From the NCBI GenBank assembly GCA_965224085.1, contig CBDCYI010000005.1, forward strand, positions 1,536,001 to 1,600,000: a DNA stretch of 64,000 nt, read 5' to 3'. Positions 28,970 to 40,401 of the stretch are shown here, in pieces. The notes beneath the pieces are model-generated. The model saw nothing but the letters and a program-made list of their open reading frames with translations. It was not told where the DNA came from and ran no database searches. Made by a program: the position numbers and the translations under genes. How positions within the stretch are numbered: the first letter of the stretch is position 1; every line of letters starts with the position of its first letter. The DNA is from Candidatus Marinacidobacterales bacterium. GTDB lineage: Bacteria > Acidobacteriota > Vicinamibacteria > Marinacidobacterales > SMYC01.

Positions 28970-30190
28970 ACGAACGTGGTTTTCGTCGCGCCCTATTTCG
29001 CCGAAACGACGCTTCGCTTCATAAGCGCTGCGGCGGGTCTTCACAACGTACGACTCGGCCTCATCAGCCAGGATCCCGAAGAGAAGCTCCCCGAGAGTTT
29101 GCGTAAACAGCTGGCGGGCCACTACCGCGTCGAAGCGGGTCTTTCGCGAAGCGCCATCGAGAAGGCCACGCGCGCGATGAAGCGCACCTTCGGCTCGGTC
29201 GATCGTTTGCTCGGAACGCTCGAGCAGCTTCAAGTGCCCCTTGGTCAAATTCGCGACGAGCTCGGTATCTCCGGCATGGGCGCCGAAGCCGCGCGGAATT
29301 TTCGTGACAAAGCGCTCATGAAAACGCTGCTCGCACGCCATGGGCTCCCTTGCGCACGCCATCGCCTCGTGCGCGACACGAGAGAGGCATTCGCCTTCGT
29401 GCGAGAGGTCGGCTTCCCGCTCGTCATAAAGCCGCCCGCGGGCGCAGGGGCGCAGTCGACATTTCGCCTCGATGACGATCGGGCGCTCTCGGAATGTCTC
29501 GCTTCGATGCCGCCCTCGGATACGAGACCAACGCTCCTCGAAGAGTTCATCGTCGGGGAGGAACATTCTTTCGACAGCGTGGTGCTCGCCGGAGAGCTCA
29601 CGTGGTACTCGATCAACGATTACTACCCCGCACCCATCGAAGTCTTGCGCCATCCTTGGATTCAGTGGAGCGTGGTCTCGCCCATCGAGCTCGACCATCC
29701 GCGTTATTCGGCCATCCGGAAGGTCGCGGGCCCAGCTCTATCCGTTCTCGGTCTCGAGAACGGCCTGAGCCACATGGAGTGGTTCGCGCGCACAGACGGA
29801 AGCGTTGCGATCTCGGAGGTGGGCGCCCGACCTCCCGGTGCGCAGTTCGCGACGCTTCTTTCTTATGCCCATGATTTTGATTTCTACAGCGCTTGGGCGC
29901 GGCTCATGGTCGAGGACGTCTTCGAGCCGCCGCCACGGCGATACGCCGTGGGTGCGGCCTATTTGCGTGGTCAGGGCACGGGCGCACGCGTTACCGGCAT
30001 TCGCGGGCTCGAACAAGCGCAGCGCGACGTCGGCGATCTCGTCGCCGAGGTCAAGCTTCCGGAGCTAGGCCAATCGCCGTCGGGAACTTACGAAGGCGAG
30101 GGCTTTGTCATCCTGCGTCACGAAGACACCGATGTCGTGAAGCGAGGCATCAAACGTGTCCTCGAGCAAGTCTACGTGCAGCTGGCCTAA
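28967..30190 (+). CDS. ATP-grasp ligase B
   Basis: RDKALMK, IKPPAGAGA, EEFIVGEE, HMEWF, EVGARPPG. Confidence 0.9.
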   Translation: MTNVVFVAPYFAETTLRFISAAAGLHNVRLGLISQDPEEKLPESLRKQLAGHYRVEAGLSRSAIEKATRAMKRTFGSVDRLLGTLEQLQVPLGQIRDELGISGMGAEAARNFRDKALMKTLLARHGLPCARHRLVRDTREAFAFVREVGFPLVIKPPAGAGAQSTFRLDDDRALSECLASMPPSDTRPTLLEEFIVGEEHSFDSVVLAGELTWYSINDYYPAPIEVLRHPWIQWSVVSPIELDHPRYSAIRKVAGPALSVLGLENGLSHMEWFARTDGSVAISEVGARPPGAQFATLLSYAHDFDFYSAWARLMVEDVFEPPPRRYAVGAAYLRGQGTGARVTGIRGLEQAQRDVGDLVAEVKLPELGQSPSGTYEGEGFVILRHEDTDVVKRGIKRVLEQVYVQLA

Positions 30191-30207
30191 GCCCCAAAGA
30201 GGGTCCT

Positions 30208-31440
30208 ATGAACGTCCTCATGATGAGTCCGGGTTTTCCGGCGGAGATGCCTTTTTTCACGCGCGGGCTCGCGCGCGTTGGCGCAAACGCCATCGGAATA
30301 GGTGATCAAGCGCAATCGGCGCTCCCCGAGCTCGCGCGCGATAGCCTCAGCGCTTACTTCCAAATCCCGTCTTTCACCGACACTGACGAAGACGCGATCT
30401 TTCGGCAAGTCGAGGCCATCCACCAAAAAGCGCGACTCGACCGCATCGAATGCCTCTGGGAGCCTTTCATGCTCCTCGCGGCGAAGCTTCGGGAGCATCT
30501 CGGCATAGCGGGTATGACGGTCGAAGAGACGATCCCGTTCCGTGACAAAGAGATCATGAAAAAGCGGCTCGACGACGCAGGTATCCGTACGCCGCGACAT
30601 GCGAGCGTCACCACCGTCGAGGGCTGCCGGAAGGCCGCGGCCGCGATCGGTTTTCCGGAAAGGTCGGTCGTCGTCAAGCCCATCGCGGGGGCCGGAGCGG
30701 CCGACACCTATCACGTACGAAGCGCCGACGAGCTCGAAGCCGTGCTCCCAGCGCTCGGCCACGTGGCCGAAGTGAGCGTCGAGGAGTTCATTGACGGCGA
30801 CGACTATACCTACGAGACGATTTGCATCGACGGCAAGATCGAGCATTTCAGCATCTCTTTTTATCGACCTCGAGCGCTTCAAGCACGGACTCATGAGTGG
30901 ATAAGCCCGCAAACCGTCGTTGTGCGCCTTGTTCAGGACGAAGCGCTTCGACCCGGCTGCAAGATGGGCGAGGCGGTCGTAAAAGCATTGAACTTTAAGA
31001 CGGGCTTTACGCACATGGAGTGGTTCAAAACCCCTTCCGGTGAAGCCGTGTTCGGCGAGATCGCCGCTCGGCCACCGGGTGCGCACCTCGTCGACCTCAT
31101 CAACTACGCCTCTGATATCGATGTTTTCACAGGCTGGGCCGAGGCCATTTGCCACGGCCGCTTCACTCAAACCGTCGATCGCAAATACAACGCCGCCTGG
31201 ATCTACAAACGCGCCGAGGGCGAGGGTGTCATCCACAAGATCGACGGCCTCGCGACTTTGATGGCCGAGCTCGGCGAGCACGTGATGTTATTGGACCTCC
31301 TTCCGATAGGGGCGCCCCGCCGCAACTGGAAACAAACCCTCGTTTCAGACGGGATGATCATCGTGCGCCACCCCAACCTCGAGCGCACGTTGGAGATCGC
31401 CGATCGCTTCGCAACCGAGCTCAGAATGTATGCGCGCTGA
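30208..31440 (+). CDS. ATP-grasp ligase C
   Basis: RDKEIMK, VKPIAGAGA, EEFIDG, HMEWF, EIAARPPG. Confidence 0.9.
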   Translation: MNVLMMSPGFPAEMPFFTRGLARVGANAIGIGDQAQSALPELARDSLSAYFQIPSFTDTDEDAIFRQVEAIHQKARLDRIECLWEPFMLLAAKLREHLGIAGMTVEETIPFRDKEIMKKRLDDAGIRTPRHASVTTVEGCRKAAAAIGFPERSVVVKPIAGAGAADTYHVRSADELEAVLPALGHVAEVSVEEFIDGDDYTYETICIDGKIEHFSISFYRPRALQARTHEWISPQTVVVRLVQDEALRPGCKMGEAVVKALNFKTGFTHMEWFKTPSGEAVFGEIAARPPGAHLVDLINYASDIDVFTGWAEAICHGRFTQTVDRKYNAAWIYKRAEGEGVIHKIDGLATLMAELGEHVMLLDLLPIGAPRRNWKQTLVSDGMIIVRHPNLERTLEIADRFATELRMYAR

Positions 31441-31446
31441 CGCTTG

Positions 31447-32700
31447 TCACTTGGAAAAGGCTCGTCGGATCTCTTCGGCGAGGATCGCGATACCCTTTCG
31501 GACGATGTCGTCGTCTTGGGAATAACTCACTCGCAAACATTCCTGTTTGTGACGCCACAGCTCGTCGAGGCCGGGAAAGAAGTAGTGCCCGGGAACGACG
31601 AGAACGCCGCGCTTTTTGAGACGTTCGTAAAGGACGGTTGACGTGACCGGCATGTTCTCGAGCCAGAGCCAGAAAAAGAACGTGCCCTCGGGCTTGTGCA
31701 CGCGATAGGGCAAGCCCTTCATCGCTTCGCGAAGCCAACCGAGCGCAAGTTGCGACTTGCGCTCGTAGAACGGCCGGATTTTTTTTCGAGAGAGCTCGAG
31801 CACATCTCCGCTCGCCACGAGATCGCGGGCCAAGACCGCCCCGAAGCTTCCAGGTGCGAGGCTCACGATGGCGTTCATCGCAGAGACGGCTCTGATTATC
31901 ATCTCATTTGCGATGACGATCCCGGTGCGAACGCCAGGAAGGCCGAGCTTCGAGAGACTCATCGACAAGATGATGTTCTCGTTCCAGATCGGCCCGGCAT
32001 CCGTGAAGACGATGTTGGGAAACGGTGGACCGTAGGCGTTGTCGATGATGAGAGGGATCTCGTTTTTCGCCGCGAGCGCGCTCAAGCGCAGAAGCTCATT
32101 TTCGGTGAGCACGTTCGAGGTCGGGTTCGTGGGCCGCGAAACACAGAGCGCGGCGATGTCCTCGCTCACGCGCACGGCGTCGAAATCGACGTGATACTTG
32201 AACAAATCGTCTTCCAGAAGCTCGATCTCTGGCCTTTGTGAAACAAACAAATCCCGGGCAATGCCCGTATCCGCATAACCGATATATTCGGGTGTGAGCG
32301 GCAGGAGGATTTTCCGGTGGCGGCCGTCGTCGGACATACCGCCGAGCAAATTGAACAAAAAGAAAAACGACGTTTGGCTCCCCGTCGTCAGCGCAACGTT
32401 CTCTGGGCCAACCTCCCAACCGTAATGTTTCCTCAGAAGCGCGGCCATCGCTTCGATGAAGGGGCGATTTCCCGCCGGCGCGTCGTAGCTGCTAAGCAGC
32501 TTTTCTATCTCGTCCGAAACGGACAGCATGCTTTGCAATCGCTCCGTGAAGATTGCCTCGACTTCCGGAATACGCCCGGGGTTGCCGCCGCCGAGCATCA
32601 GGATATCGTCGCCCGCGGCAAGCGCATCGCCGAGGTCGTTCATCAACTGCAGGATGCCGGATTCCTCGGTGAACTTGCCGCCGAGCCTCGAGAGCTTCAT
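31447..32700 (-). CDS. avtA: valine--pyruvate transaminase
   Basis: SGILQLMNDL, LGGGNP, PEYIGY, SRPTNPT, IDNAYG, SLSKLGLPGVRTG. Confidence 0.9.
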   Translation of the reverse strand: MKLSRLGGKFTEESGILQLMNDLGDALAAGDDILMLGGGNPGRIPEVEAIFTERLQSMLSVSDEIEKLLSSYDAPAGNRPFIEAMAALLRKHYGWEVGPENVALTTGSQTSFFFLFNLLGGMSDDGRHRKILLPLTPEYIGYADTGIARDLFVSQRPEIELLEDDLFKYHVDFDAVRVSEDIAALCVSRPTNPTSNVLTENELLRLSALAAKNEIPLIIDNAYGPPFPNIVFTDAGPIWNENIILSMSLSKLGLPGVRTGIVIANEMIIRAVSAMNAIVSLAPGSFGAVLARDLVASGDVLELSRKKIRPFYERKSQLALGWLREAMKGLPYRVHKPEGTFFFWLWLENMPVTSTVLYERLKKRGVLVVPGHYFFPGLDELWRHKQECLRVSYSQDDDIVRKGIAILAEEIRRAFSK

Positions 32701-32727
32701 CACTTCGCCGATCGACGGTCGGGCTGC

Positions 32728-32970
32728 CTAGGCTTTCTTCAGACGCGCCACGGCGGCAAGAAGCACCACGGCGCCTACGGTCGCCGTTACGAGCGAGCCG
32801 ATCGTGCCGCTCGCGGACAAACCCAGGAGGCCGAACAGTAACCCGCCGAGGACCGCTCCGATCACGCCGACGATGATGTTCCCCACGAGGCCGAAGCCCT
32901 TGCCCTTCATGATCTGACCGGCGAGCCAGCCAGCAATCAATCCGATAGCCAAGAAACTGATGAGTCCCAC
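32728..32970 (-). CDS. GlsB/YeaQ/YmgE family membrane protein
   Basis: IGLIAGWLAG..NIIVGVIGAVLGG..ATVGAVVLL. Confidence 0.9.
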   Translation of the reverse strand: MGLISFLAIGLIAGWLAGQIMKGKGFGLVGNIIVGVIGAVLGGLLFGLLGLSASGTIGSLVTATVGAVVLLAAVARLKKA

Positions 32971-33005
32971 GTGACACCTCCGGGGTGTACTAATATCAGA
33001 CTGTC

Positions 33006-35339
33006 ATGGTCTGGGTGAAGCGTTTTGCCGCGCTCGGCGCTATCGTCGTCCTGCTCGGAGGTTTTTTGGCGTGCCACGCACTACGTTCTAGCCTTGCGCA
33101 GCTCGACGGCGAGGCGATCTTGCCTGGCCTCTCGGAGGCTGCCACCGTCGAGCGGGACGCGCTCGGTGTCGCGACGATCAAAGGCGAGAGCCGCGCGGAC
33201 GTCGCACGAGCCCTGGGCTTCGTTCATGCCCAAGAACGCTTTTTCCAGATGGACCTCTTGAGACGTCAGGCGGCCGGTGAGCTCGCGGCGCTTTTTGGTG
33301 AAGCTGCGCTGCCGCTCGATCGACGCCGCCGTCTCCATCGGATGCGCATGCGCGCGCAGAAGTGCGTTTCGCTATCGCACGCGGACGACCATGGGATCTT
33401 GACCGCTTATACGGACGGTGTGAACGCAGGACTCGCCGCGCTCGAGGCGCCGCCGTTCGAATATTTATTGCTGCGACAAACGCCCGAGCTGTGGCGTTTC
33501 GAGGACTCCGTCCTCGTGGTCGCGGCGATGTTTTTCGTTTTGAACGACGCCGGGGGCAGTCACGAAGCGGCTCAAGGCTTGATCCACGACGTCCTTCCAC
33601 TGCAGCTCGCGGAGTTTCTCTCTCCCCTCGGGACGGATTGGGATGCGCCCGTCGTCGGAGATGCCATCCCTACGCCACCCATCCCGTCTCCGAATTCCGC
33701 GGGCTCCTCGGCGCCCACAACTGTTCGGCACGCGCGCGGTGGGTGCGCTCAATGCGGGGAGCTTTGGCGCAGCGATGTCGGGAGCAACAACTGGGTCCTC
33801 GCCGGGACACGCACGGCCAGCGGCCGCGGTCTTCTAGCGAGCGATATGCACCTCGCGCATTCCGTACCGAATATCTGGTTCCGTGCGATGTTGAGCTGGG
33901 ACGGCCATCGCGTTGTCGGCGTCACGCTTCCGGGAACACCGTTCATGGTGGCAGGCAGCAATACGCACATTGCTTGGGGATTCACGAACAGCAACGGCGA
34001 TTGGAGCGATCTCGTAGAGATCGAGGTCGATCCCGAGGATCCCACACGCTACCGAACCCCGGACGGATGGAAGTCGTTCGCGATCCACGAGGAGCGTATC
34101 GAAGTGAGCGGCGCCGAGGCGGAGGAGGTGCTCGAGATTCGCGAAACCGTCTGGGGACCGGTCGTGGATGAAGATCATCGCGGACGCCTGCGCGCCATTC
34201 GCTGGATTGCTCATGAAGCGGATGCGGTCACTATGGGCGTGGGCGCCCTCGAGACGGCCACGACACTCGACGACGCACTCACCATCGCACAGCAAAGCGG
34301 GCTGCCCCCCCAAAACTTTGTCGGCACCGATACGTCGGGAGCGATTGCCTGGACGATCGCCGGCCGCATCCCGGCACGCTTCGGCTTCGATGGACGACGA
34401 CCTTCGTCCTGGGCCGACGGCACACGTGGGTGGGACGGATGGCTCGCGCCGGAAGACTACCCCGTGATCCGCGACCCCGAATCGGGAGTGATTTGGACGG
34501 CCAATGCCCGCGTGATCGATGGGGAGATGCTCGCGAAGATTGGCGACGGCGGTTATGCATTCGGTGCCCGCGCCCGTCAAATTCGCGACGCTTTGGCCGC
34601 CATCGACGACGCCAGCGAGCAGGACATGCTCAACGTTCAGCTGGATGACCGCGCGCTCTTCATGGACGTTTGGCGGAAATATTTCGTTGCGTGGGTTCCG
34701 GCATACATGCGCGAGGCCATCGAGAACGGCTGGACCGGCCATGCGTCCGTCGATGCGTCGGGCTATCGCATCGTGCGAGAGCTGAGGCTCGCGATCTTCG
34801 AGGAGGTCTTCTCGACGCTCACCGCGGAAGCGAGCGAGGCGGACGAGCGTTTCAGCGTCTGGTCGCTACGGCAGTGGGACGGCCCGCTCTTTAAATTGGT
34901 CTCGAAAAAACCCAGCCACCTTGTGCCCCGCGAATACGCGAGCTGGGACGCATGGATGATGGACATCGTGGAGCGCACGGTCGCCTCGTGGGAAGAGCCT
35001 CTCGCCTCGCGGCGCTGGGGCGAAATCAACCAGACCGCCGTGAAACACCCGCTAAGCCGCACCGTTCCGTTCTTATCACGCTGGCTCGACATGCCGTCTC
35101 GCCCGATTCCCGGTGACAGCAACGTACCGCGCGCGCAAGGGGCGACCCACGGTGTCTCCGAGCGGCTCGTCGTCTCGCCGGGCCAAGAGGAGAAGGGCTT
35201 GTTCCACATGCCCGGCGGCCAGAGCGGGCATCCCCTGTCACCGTTTTATGGCGCGGGCCACGAGGACTGGGAGCAAGGCCGCCCGACACTGCTACTTCCC
35301 GGAGCAGCTTTGTATTCGTTGACGCTGAAGGCCAGTTAA
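33006..35339 (+). CDS. penicillin acylase family (S45) Ntn hydrolase
   Basis: GFVHAQERFFQMD, GSNNW, DMHL, TANAR, PGGQSGHP. Confidence 0.92.
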   Translation: MVWVKRFAALGAIVVLLGGFLACHALRSSLAQLDGEAILPGLSEAATVERDALGVATIKGESRADVARALGFVHAQERFFQMDLLRRQAAGELAALFGEAALPLDRRRRLHRMRMRAQKCVSLSHADDHGILTAYTDGVNAGLAALEAPPFEYLLLRQTPELWRFEDSVLVVAAMFFVLNDAGGSHEAAQGLIHDVLPLQLAEFLSPLGTDWDAPVVGDAIPTPPIPSPNSAGSSAPTTVRHARGGCAQCGELWRSDVGSNNWVLAGTRTASGRGLLASDMHLAHSVPNIWFRAMLSWDGHRVVGVTLPGTPFMVAGSNTHIAWGFTNSNGDWSDLVEIEVDPEDPTRYRTPDGWKSFAIHEERIEVSGAEAEEVLEIRETVWGPVVDEDHRGRLRAIRWIAHEADAVTMGVGALETATTLDDALTIAQQSGLPPQNFVGTDTSGAIAWTIAGRIPARFGFDGRRPSSWADGTRGWDGWLAPEDYPVIRDPESGVIWTANARVIDGEMLAKIGDGGYAFGARARQIRDALAAIDDASEQDMLNVQLDDRALFMDVWRKYFVAWVPAYMREAIENGWTGHASVDASGYRIVRELRLAIFEEVFSTLTAEASEADERFSVWSLRQWDGPLFKLVSKKPSHLVPREYASWDAWMMDIVERTVASWEEPLASRRWGEINQTAVKHPLSRTVPFLSRWLDMPSRPIPGDSNVPRAQGATHGVSERLVVSPGQEEKGLFHMPGGQSGHPLSPFYGAGHEDWEQGRPTLLLPGAALYSLTLKAS

Positions 35340-35344
35340 AGCAG

Positions 35345-36325
35345 TTAAGCCGTGCCGAGTTTCTTGCGGCCCTGGTGGTGGCGGCGCTTGAGTTCGCCAT
35401 TCCAAGGCGCTATCGCGAGCGTCACGTCGCCTTGGCATTGTGCCTGGCACGCGAGCCGGATTCTCGGTTGCTCGTCGTCCGGATCGTTGATGGTGTCGTA
35501 GCCGAAGTAGCGCAGGCGCTCACGCTCGAAATCCGAGATCGCCGAGAGGTTCTCGCGACCTTCGAGAATGCCAATCCAACAATAACCGCACGAGCCCACA
35601 CGGCATTCGACGGGCACGGGGCCATCGATACGGCGATAGTCCAGCGTGCGGTAGTCGCCTTGCGCTCGAGCGCCCGCCATCGCGATATCCTCGCCATTGA
35701 TGGCGCGAAAGCTCCCGTTGCGGGCGCGGTCGTTCCAGCGAACTTCGAACTTTCGATTGACACCCTTCAAGAAAGAGAGAACGCCGTCCAAGCTTTCTCT
35801 CTTGCGTTTCCTGACGATGCGGTCCGGGTTCTCTATGAGGAGCTCACCTTCGGCTGGCGAGTCCGCCATCTTCTCGAAGACTTCGTACCCAACTTGTCGG
35901 AAGACCATGAGGCCCACGGCGCTGATACCGAGCACGAGGCTCTTGGCCACTTTCTCAGTCTCCGATACGCGCAACGCCACGCCGCGGATCGTCTTCGCGA
36001 GAGTGTCGCGGGCGCTCTCGGTCAAGATGGCGTGTTTCACGGCGACCCAATGACGCGCCCCATAGAGAAACGCCACCGAAGCGTCCATTTGTTTTTCGAG
36101 CTTCCACTCGCCTTCGAGGTCCATCATGCGGGCCATCTCGTCGGGGCCTTCGGTCGCGCGAAGAGCCTCCGACAGCTCTAGCGGCCAGAAAGAAAACCAA
36201 ACGTGGCTCGCCTCTCGATCCACGGGATGAACGTCTTCGCGAAGCGCGTCCAGCGCTTCGAGCCAAGCCTTTTGCGGCTTATGCTCCAGGAATCCGAGTA
36301 ATTCATTCTTTTCCATGACCGTCAT
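35345..36325 (-). CDS. unknown N-terminal domain plus C-terminal 2Fe-2S ferredoxin domain
   Basis: ECRVGSCGYC ... RLACQ; GAGAGG RBS before ATG 36325. Confidence 0.8.
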   Translation of the reverse strand: MTVMEKNELLGFLEHKPQKAWLEALDALREDVHPVDREASHVWFSFWPLELSEALRATEGPDEMARMMDLEGEWKLEKQMDASVAFLYGARHWVAVKHAILTESARDTLAKTIRGVALRVSETEKVAKSLVLGISAVGLMVFRQVGYEVFEKMADSPAEGELLIENPDRIVRKRKRESLDGVLSFLKGVNRKFEVRWNDRARNGSFRAINGEDIAMAGARAQGDYRTLDYRRIDGPVPVECRVGSCGYCWIGILEGRENLSAISDFERERLRYFGYDTINDPDDEQPRIRLACQAQCQGDVTLAIAPWNGELKRRHHQGRKKLGTA

Positions 36326-36398
36326 GATGTTCCTCTCGGAGAAACATCCTAGCACGAGCTTTTGCCGCACAGAAGGCGCTCGTGCTACCGTACACGAC

Positions 36399-37010
36399 AT
36401 GGCCTTTCAAAGTTTTCTCAAGATTCTCGCCCACCCGGTATTAACGGGCCTGAACTTCCACATGCCGATGGTCGTGGACTTGTCCCATCCGCTGGTCATG
36501 CTCAAGGGTGACAACGGCTCCGGAAAGTCGACGCTACTGCACTCGCTCCACTACGCAATGAAGGGTGAGCAAGTAGACGGCTACATCTACCGGACGGACG
36601 GTGTTACCGTCGATCCCGAAAAGGTTTATCTCTTCGACGCCGAGCAGCACAATCCACGAAACCAGCTCCACCTGTTCGAGGACCAACCGGAAATGAAAGA
36701 GTTCCTCCAGATGGCGAGTCACGGCCAAGTGATGCTCTCCATGTTCAAAGACAGTTTTCCCAAGCTTCCCGACGGAACGAACCTGCTCCTCGACGAGCCG
36801 GAAATGGCGCTCAGCCAGTCCAATCAGAGGCGAATCTTGAAGATGCTGATGGAGCTCGTGGACAAGAAGGGCTTCCGCATCGTTACCGCGACCCATTCCC
36901 CGGTGCTCCTCGAGGCTAAAGAAACGTACGTAATAGACTTAGACCAGCACGTCAACAAGAACGTCATTCCGGAGGACATGGGCGTCGAGGGCCAGAGCAC
37001 TCTCCATTAG
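36399..37010 (+). CDS. minimal stand-alone ABC/AAA-type ATPase
   Basis: GDNGSGKS, SHGQ, LLLDEPE, ATHSP. Confidence 0.85.
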   Translation: MAFQSFLKILAHPVLTGLNFHMPMVVDLSHPLVMLKGDNGSGKSTLLHSLHYAMKGEQVDGYIYRTDGVTVDPEKVYLFDAEQHNPRNQLHLFEDQPEMKEFLQMASHGQVMLSMFKDSFPKLPDGTNLLLDEPEMALSQSNQRRILKMLMELVDKKGFRIVTATHSPVLLEAKETYVIDLDQHVNKNVIPEDMGVEGQSTLH

Positions 37011-37177
37011 GAGCCAAGTAAGGCAAGAAAAGGGGTCCATTCAAGGCTTGGAACAGCCCAACCAGCCCAAAATTTGGCTAATTCCTTGATAAGTGTTGGC
37101 TTACGCTAGAATCGCGCTCTATTCTCCAATCTGGAATCCGCCCTGGATTCTGTGTACTCATCGACTTGGAGAGCACA

Positions 37178-39232
<2,055 letters not shown>

Positions 39233-39242
39233 TCAGGAAAAA

Positions 39243-39276
39243 AGGCTCGTCCGCTGTCGCGGGCGGGTCTTTTTTT
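39243..39276 (+). terminator. intrinsic (possibly bidirectional) terminator
   Basis: A-run, AGGCTCGTCCGC-TGTC-GCGGGCGGGTCT, T-run. Confidence 0.75.
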
Positions 39277-39367
39277 ATTACTGCTGTCGATCTTCCCCAA
39301 CCTCATTCAACACGGCAGTAAGGCAGTAAGGAACGTCCGCAGCTTCCGGGCTAGCTCATCCGTTAGG

Positions 39368-40249
39368 TTAGGCGGATGAGCTTGTCATTAAGCGTTGTTG
39401 CCACGGCTGGATCTCTTGGCGTTGTCTTCCTAGGCCTTCGATTCCCGATTCGACGACGTCGCCGGGACGCAGGTAGCGCGCAGGTTTGCGGGCCATACCG
39501 ACGCCCGACGGTGTGCCAGTGCTGATTACGTCGCCTGGTAGGAGGGTCATGAAGTGGCTCACGTAGCTCACGATTCTCGGGATGCCGAAGATCATGTTAG
39601 CGGTAGAGCTTTTCTGCATGGTTTTGCCGTTGACGGCGAGCCATAGCTTCAGGTCGTGGGCGTTCGGGATTTCATCGGGTGTCACAAAGTAGGGACCCAT
39701 CGGGGCGAAGCCGTCGGCGCTCTTTCCTTTGCTCCATTGTCCGCCGCGCTCTAGTTGATAAGAGCGTTCCGAAAAGTCGTTCATCACCAGATAACCCGCC
39801 ACATAGTCCATCGCGCGGCCTTCGGCCACCAGACTCGTCCGCTTGCCCATCACGACGCCAAGCTCGATCTCCCAGTCGACTTTGCTCGCGTTGCGCGGCA
39901 TCATAAGATCGTCGTAGGGACCCGCGGTTGCCGAAGAAGCCTTCATGAAGATCACCGGCTCGTCGGGAAGGGGCATCCCCGTCTCCCGAGCATGATCGCG
40001 GTAATTGAGCCCGATGCAAACGATCTTGCTAGGTCGAGCGATCGGCGGCCCCAAACGCGCGGGAGCACGAAGCTTGGGCTGAGTGGACGCGAAGGTCGCG
40101 GCCCAGCGACGCAAGCGTCTCATACCGTCATCGGCGAAAAACTTCTCGTCATAGTCTTCACCGAAAATCGAAGCATCGATCAAAGCTCCACCCGGAAGAA
40201 TCATTCCCGCACGCTCTTGTCCGACTTCACCAAAACGAATGAGTTTCAT
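39368..40249 (-). CDS. fumarylacetoacetate hydrolase family protein
   Basis: KIVCIGLNY, DWEIEL, NDFSER, WSKGK, STGTPSGVG. Confidence 0.92.
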   Translation of the reverse strand: MKLIRFGEVGQERAGMILPGGALIDASIFGEDYDEKFFADDGMRRLRRWAATFASTQPKLRAPARLGPPIARPSKIVCIGLNYRDHARETGMPLPDEPVIFMKASSATAGPYDDLMMPRNASKVDWEIELGVVMGKRTSLVAEGRAMDYVAGYLVMNDFSERSYQLERGGQWSKGKSADGFAPMGPYFVTPDEIPNAHDLKLWLAVNGKTMQKSSTANMIFGIPRIVSYVSHFMTLLPGDVISTGTPSGVGMARKPARYLRPGDVVESGIEGLGRQRQEIQPWQQRLMTSSSA

Positions 40250-40401
40250 GAGAGCGATGATACTCCCAAGGAAGAGCGTGCGATAACGTCGAACGACCCG
40301 ATCGTCGCCCGGCTCAATCCGGCACTTGACGAGACATGCAAGAATGTGCTGTGTCTACGACCTCTCCGGTTGGGATTTACTCGAGCGCTTCCTGCAGTTC
40401 T

